DNA from: Mollicutes bacterium Phil14
Lineage (GTDB): Bacteria; Bacillota_I; Bacilli_A; ML615J-28; CAG-698
NCBI GenBank assembly: GCA_001940985.1
Contig: MSHB01000026.1
Span: 2,215 to 66,214, forward strand
DNA length: 64,000 bases
Direction of reading: 5' to 3'
The translations under genes were made by a program, and so were the position numbers. Numbering within the stretch: the first letter of the stretch is position 1; each line of letters begins with the position of its first letter. This document shows positions 61,604 to 64,000 of this stretch, piece after piece. A model generated the notes under the pieces. It was given only the letters and a program-made list of their open reading frames with translations, made no database searches and was not told the origin of the DNA.

Positions 61604-61723
61604 ATTTAATACGTATTAAAATTATATAATAGCTGTAGAACGCATTTTAAGGCTCTCTGTGAAGTTTAGATATATTTTCTGTACATTTGGTCGATTAAAC
61701 TAATAGCGCTTCTTAAAACTAAG

Positions 61724-61756
61724 TATAATAAAAAAGGGCTGCTATTAAGCAACCCT
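61724..61756 (-). terminator. rho-independent terminator
   Basis: Minus strand AGGGTTGC-TTAATA-GCAGCCCT followed by TTTTTTATTATAC. The TAA of the upstream gene lies in the loop. Confidence 0.7.
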
Positions 61757-62167
61757 ATCATTATTGACTTCTAACTAGTCAAGTATTTCCTTACATCGAT
61801 TCATCTCCTATTCATATTTTGTCATTGATTCTAATTTAGCTTTACATTCATTGTAGTTTCTCCTAACTGAATCGATAACGTGCTACTTCTCAGTAGCTAT
61901 AGTAAGACCGATGTTCTAGTCTATCATACTAGACTTATCAGCCTATACACTTAACTTTTTTACTTCTCCATCACAAGTAACAGTGATGTCTACCAATTTT
62001 CTCCTAGGTTGACCTGGTATTGGGAACTGACCTTGTTGTAGTGGTTCATCGTATGGCATTGATACTTGTGTAACAGTACCTATACAAAACTAGGTTATCT
62101 TTTTAAATGTACCTAGTACTTCTAATATGTAGACTTGATCGTCTATCTTTAACTGATTAAATGTCAT
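61745..62167 (-). CDS. 140-aa late protein (6 TAGs)
   Basis: Invisible in the track. MTFNQLKIDDQVYILEVLGTFKKITqFCIGTVTQVSMPYDEPLQQGQFPIPGQPRRKLVDITVTCDGEVKKLSVq... No in-frame TAA or TGA. Confidence 0.6.
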
Positions 62168-62180
62168 AATTATATTGATT

Positions 62181-62201
62181 TAAAAGGGCTCCGAAGAGCC
62201 C
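62181..62201 (-). terminator. UUCG-capped hairpin plus U-run (terminator or attenuator)
   Basis: Minus strand GGGCTC-TTCG-GAGCCC followed by TTTTAAATC, between the stop at 62207 and the ATG at 62167. Confidence 0.6.
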
Positions 62202-62206
62202 TATTG

Positions 62207-62626
62207 TTATGAAGCAGGAGCTGTTATAGTAGCTGGATATGCATTCATTAATTGGTATGATCCACTACACTTATTATAGTATATTAGATATCTACCATTC
62301 ATTTGCAAATCACCAGCCTATACGTCCTCCGCTAAAGCATTATGCAAAGTAGTTTGAACTGTTCCCTCAGAATCTTGATCTGATAAAGCTACAGGTAATG
62401 AAAAGTCAGGAGTAGATACTTGCTGTCTTACATCAAGAATGAATAAACCTTCTTTAGGGAGACTAGCAAATTCTTTATGACTAATATCATATCTTACTTG
62501 TGTAGCTGTAGTAAGCACATCTACTGTCTTTATTACTGGTATACCAGCTAGTGTACGTACTCTTTTACGAGGAAAGAATGGTACAAATGGGAACATTGCA
62601 GGTTGAACATTATAGAAAGGATACAT
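62207..62626 (-). CDS. 139-aa late protein (1 TAG)
   Basis: Track ORF 62318..62650 extends through TAG 62318 to TAA 62207-62209. The start is set at ATG 62626, which is preceded by AAGGAGGT. Confidence 0.6.
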
Positions 62627-62643
62627 AGTTACCTCCTTTCTTA

Positions 62644-63615
62644 TTAGCAACCACAGCTGTTATAACCACTGAATGCAGCATCACCAGCATAAGCACCAAA
62701 TGCTGCAGCACGATAAACTTCTGGATTGTATACAGATAATTGAGGATAAGGAACGCTTACTGTATTAGGTAATTTACACTTAATACCATCTACATCAGTT
62801 TGTAATGCATTCAGTTTAGTAACTATCGGAGTAGTTGCTTGACTGATCATAGAACCGAACGTAGCTGTTTGATGTTCCTGACTTAATTGACTCAACAAAG
62901 TTGAATTCTTTTCACGTAAGCCATCAATCTTGTCAAGTAATGCCTAGTTCTACATTGCGTCAAGTTTAGCTAAAACTGCATTAGTATTAGCTGTGCCATT
63001 ATCACGCAAAGATAATGCATTACTATTCATAGTATTTACTAAGTTATTAGTTTGATTGCATACTGATAATTGATTTTCATAACCCATCTTGGTTATGTTA
63101 AGGTTAACTCCATCGATAGATCTTTGAGTTGTGCAGCAACAGTTAGCCAACTGAGAAGCAAGGTTAGCATTACCAGAAGTAATAGCATTAATAACCTCAC
63201 AGCTAGATAACTTAGTATCACAAGCAATCTGATTTACACTTGAATTGATGTTACTCAATGCAGTCTGAACAGCATTGATATCACAATTAAGAGTAGTAGA
63301 CAAGCTACTGATAGCTTCTTTGTTACCATTGATAGCTTGCATTAATAGATTAGTGTTAGCGTCAGTGTTCAATTCAGAAGCTAATCTACCAGCATTCTGA
63401 CCATTACCACCGAAACCATTACCACCGAATCCACCCCAGCAGAAGAAGATAAGGATAATCCATATCCACCACATACCGTTGTTTCCTCCCATGCCACCAT
63501 TGTTCATCATAGCCATGAGAGCTGCAGGGTCCATTTTACCATTATTCTGCATTAACGCTGCAATACCTGGATCTATACCAGAGTTCTGTACATAAATTTT
63601 TTCAGGTTCGTACAT
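62644..63615 (-). CDS. 323-aa membrane-anchored, Gly/Asn/Cys-rich protein (2 TAGs)
   Basis: Track ORFs 62950..63615 and 62644..62898 are one frame-0 gene joined by TAGs at 62950 and 62944. Hydrophobic MWWIWIILIFFCWGGF segment. Confidence 0.65.
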
Positions 63616-63637
63616 AATTATTTATAATTTTGATTAA

Positions 63638-63976
63638 TTAATATCTTGATGATCTTCTTTCACGCATTTGACCTCTACGTTCATAACGATAATCTCTATC
63701 ATCATCTTCGTAATCGTCGTCTTCGTATCTACGTTTTGATTTAGCACGTCTTGCGTAATTGTAACGGGAGTATTCTTCTTCATCTTCATCATCTTCATCT
63801 TCTTCAAGAAACTCATCACGTAACTTATCACACATAATGAAACAATAGTAATACCACATCTTTCCTTCATCTATGTCTTTATCACATAGCCACGCTTCTG
63901 CTAATTTAGCAAAGCATCTTAAGTGGTCACTATTTGAGATAGTATTGATTACTTTGTAGTAATCTGAGTAAACCAT
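63638..63976 (-). CDS. 112-aa protein with highly charged D/E/R tail
   Basis: Track ORF. The overlapping 63634..63870 ORF is judged spurious. Confidence 0.55.
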   Translation of the reverse strand: MVYSDYYKVINTISNSDHLRCFAKLAEAWLCDKDIDEGKMWYYYCFIMCDKLRDEFLEEDEDDEDEEEYSRYNYARRAKSKRRYEDDDYEDDDRDYRYERRGQMRERRSSRY

Positions 63977-64000
63977 GTTTAATGCTACATACCAGTCATA

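Noticed and set aside
1-64000. CRISPR arrays, integrase or transposase genes, rRNA genes, prophage attachment sites
   Set aside because: No regularly spaced direct repeats and no recognisable recombinase or rRNA motifs were seen on either strand. The only mobile-type gene found is the HNH endonuclease.

Overview
AT-rich double-stranded DNA phage segment. By inference it is a crAss-like (Crassvirales-type) phage of Bacteroidota. The call rests on gene content: ThyX, family-B DNA polymerase, DnaB-like helicase, Toprim primase, and giant late proteins including an RNAP-like double-psi beta-barrel.

Layout:
- 1-3482: short leftward early block.
- About 3600-3780: divergent control region.
- 3868-34106: rightward early and replication block.
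- 34115-34156: convergent terminator.
- 34195-63976: leftward late operon.

Main observations:
1. TAG is a sense codon. The fragmented minus-strand ORFs in the track fuse into 11 long genes once TAG is read through. I hand-counted 152 in-frame TAGs and found no in-frame TAA or TGA. Two genes outside the late operon also carry in-frame TAG.
2. A circularly permuted, two-piece tmRNA-like gene lies at 12652-12957. It has a G3:U70 acceptor stem and a tag frame ending ...IAA-TAA, and it abuts a tRNA.
3. About 4-5 kb of the rightward block is ORF-free and looks less AT-rich by eye. It is dense in nested hairpins with UUCG/GNRA loops and plus-strand G:U pairs, which suggests large structured RNAs. 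The largest is a 1.9 kb block at 18482-20373.
4. One 4184-codon ORF fuses an HExxH motif, an RNAP-like DFDVD barrel and a DprA/SLOG-like C-terminus.

Three tRNAs are present (Ile-GAU, Arg-UCU, Trp-CCA). None can read TAG. All analysis was done by eye and hand translation, so counts may be off by a few. No database search was possible.
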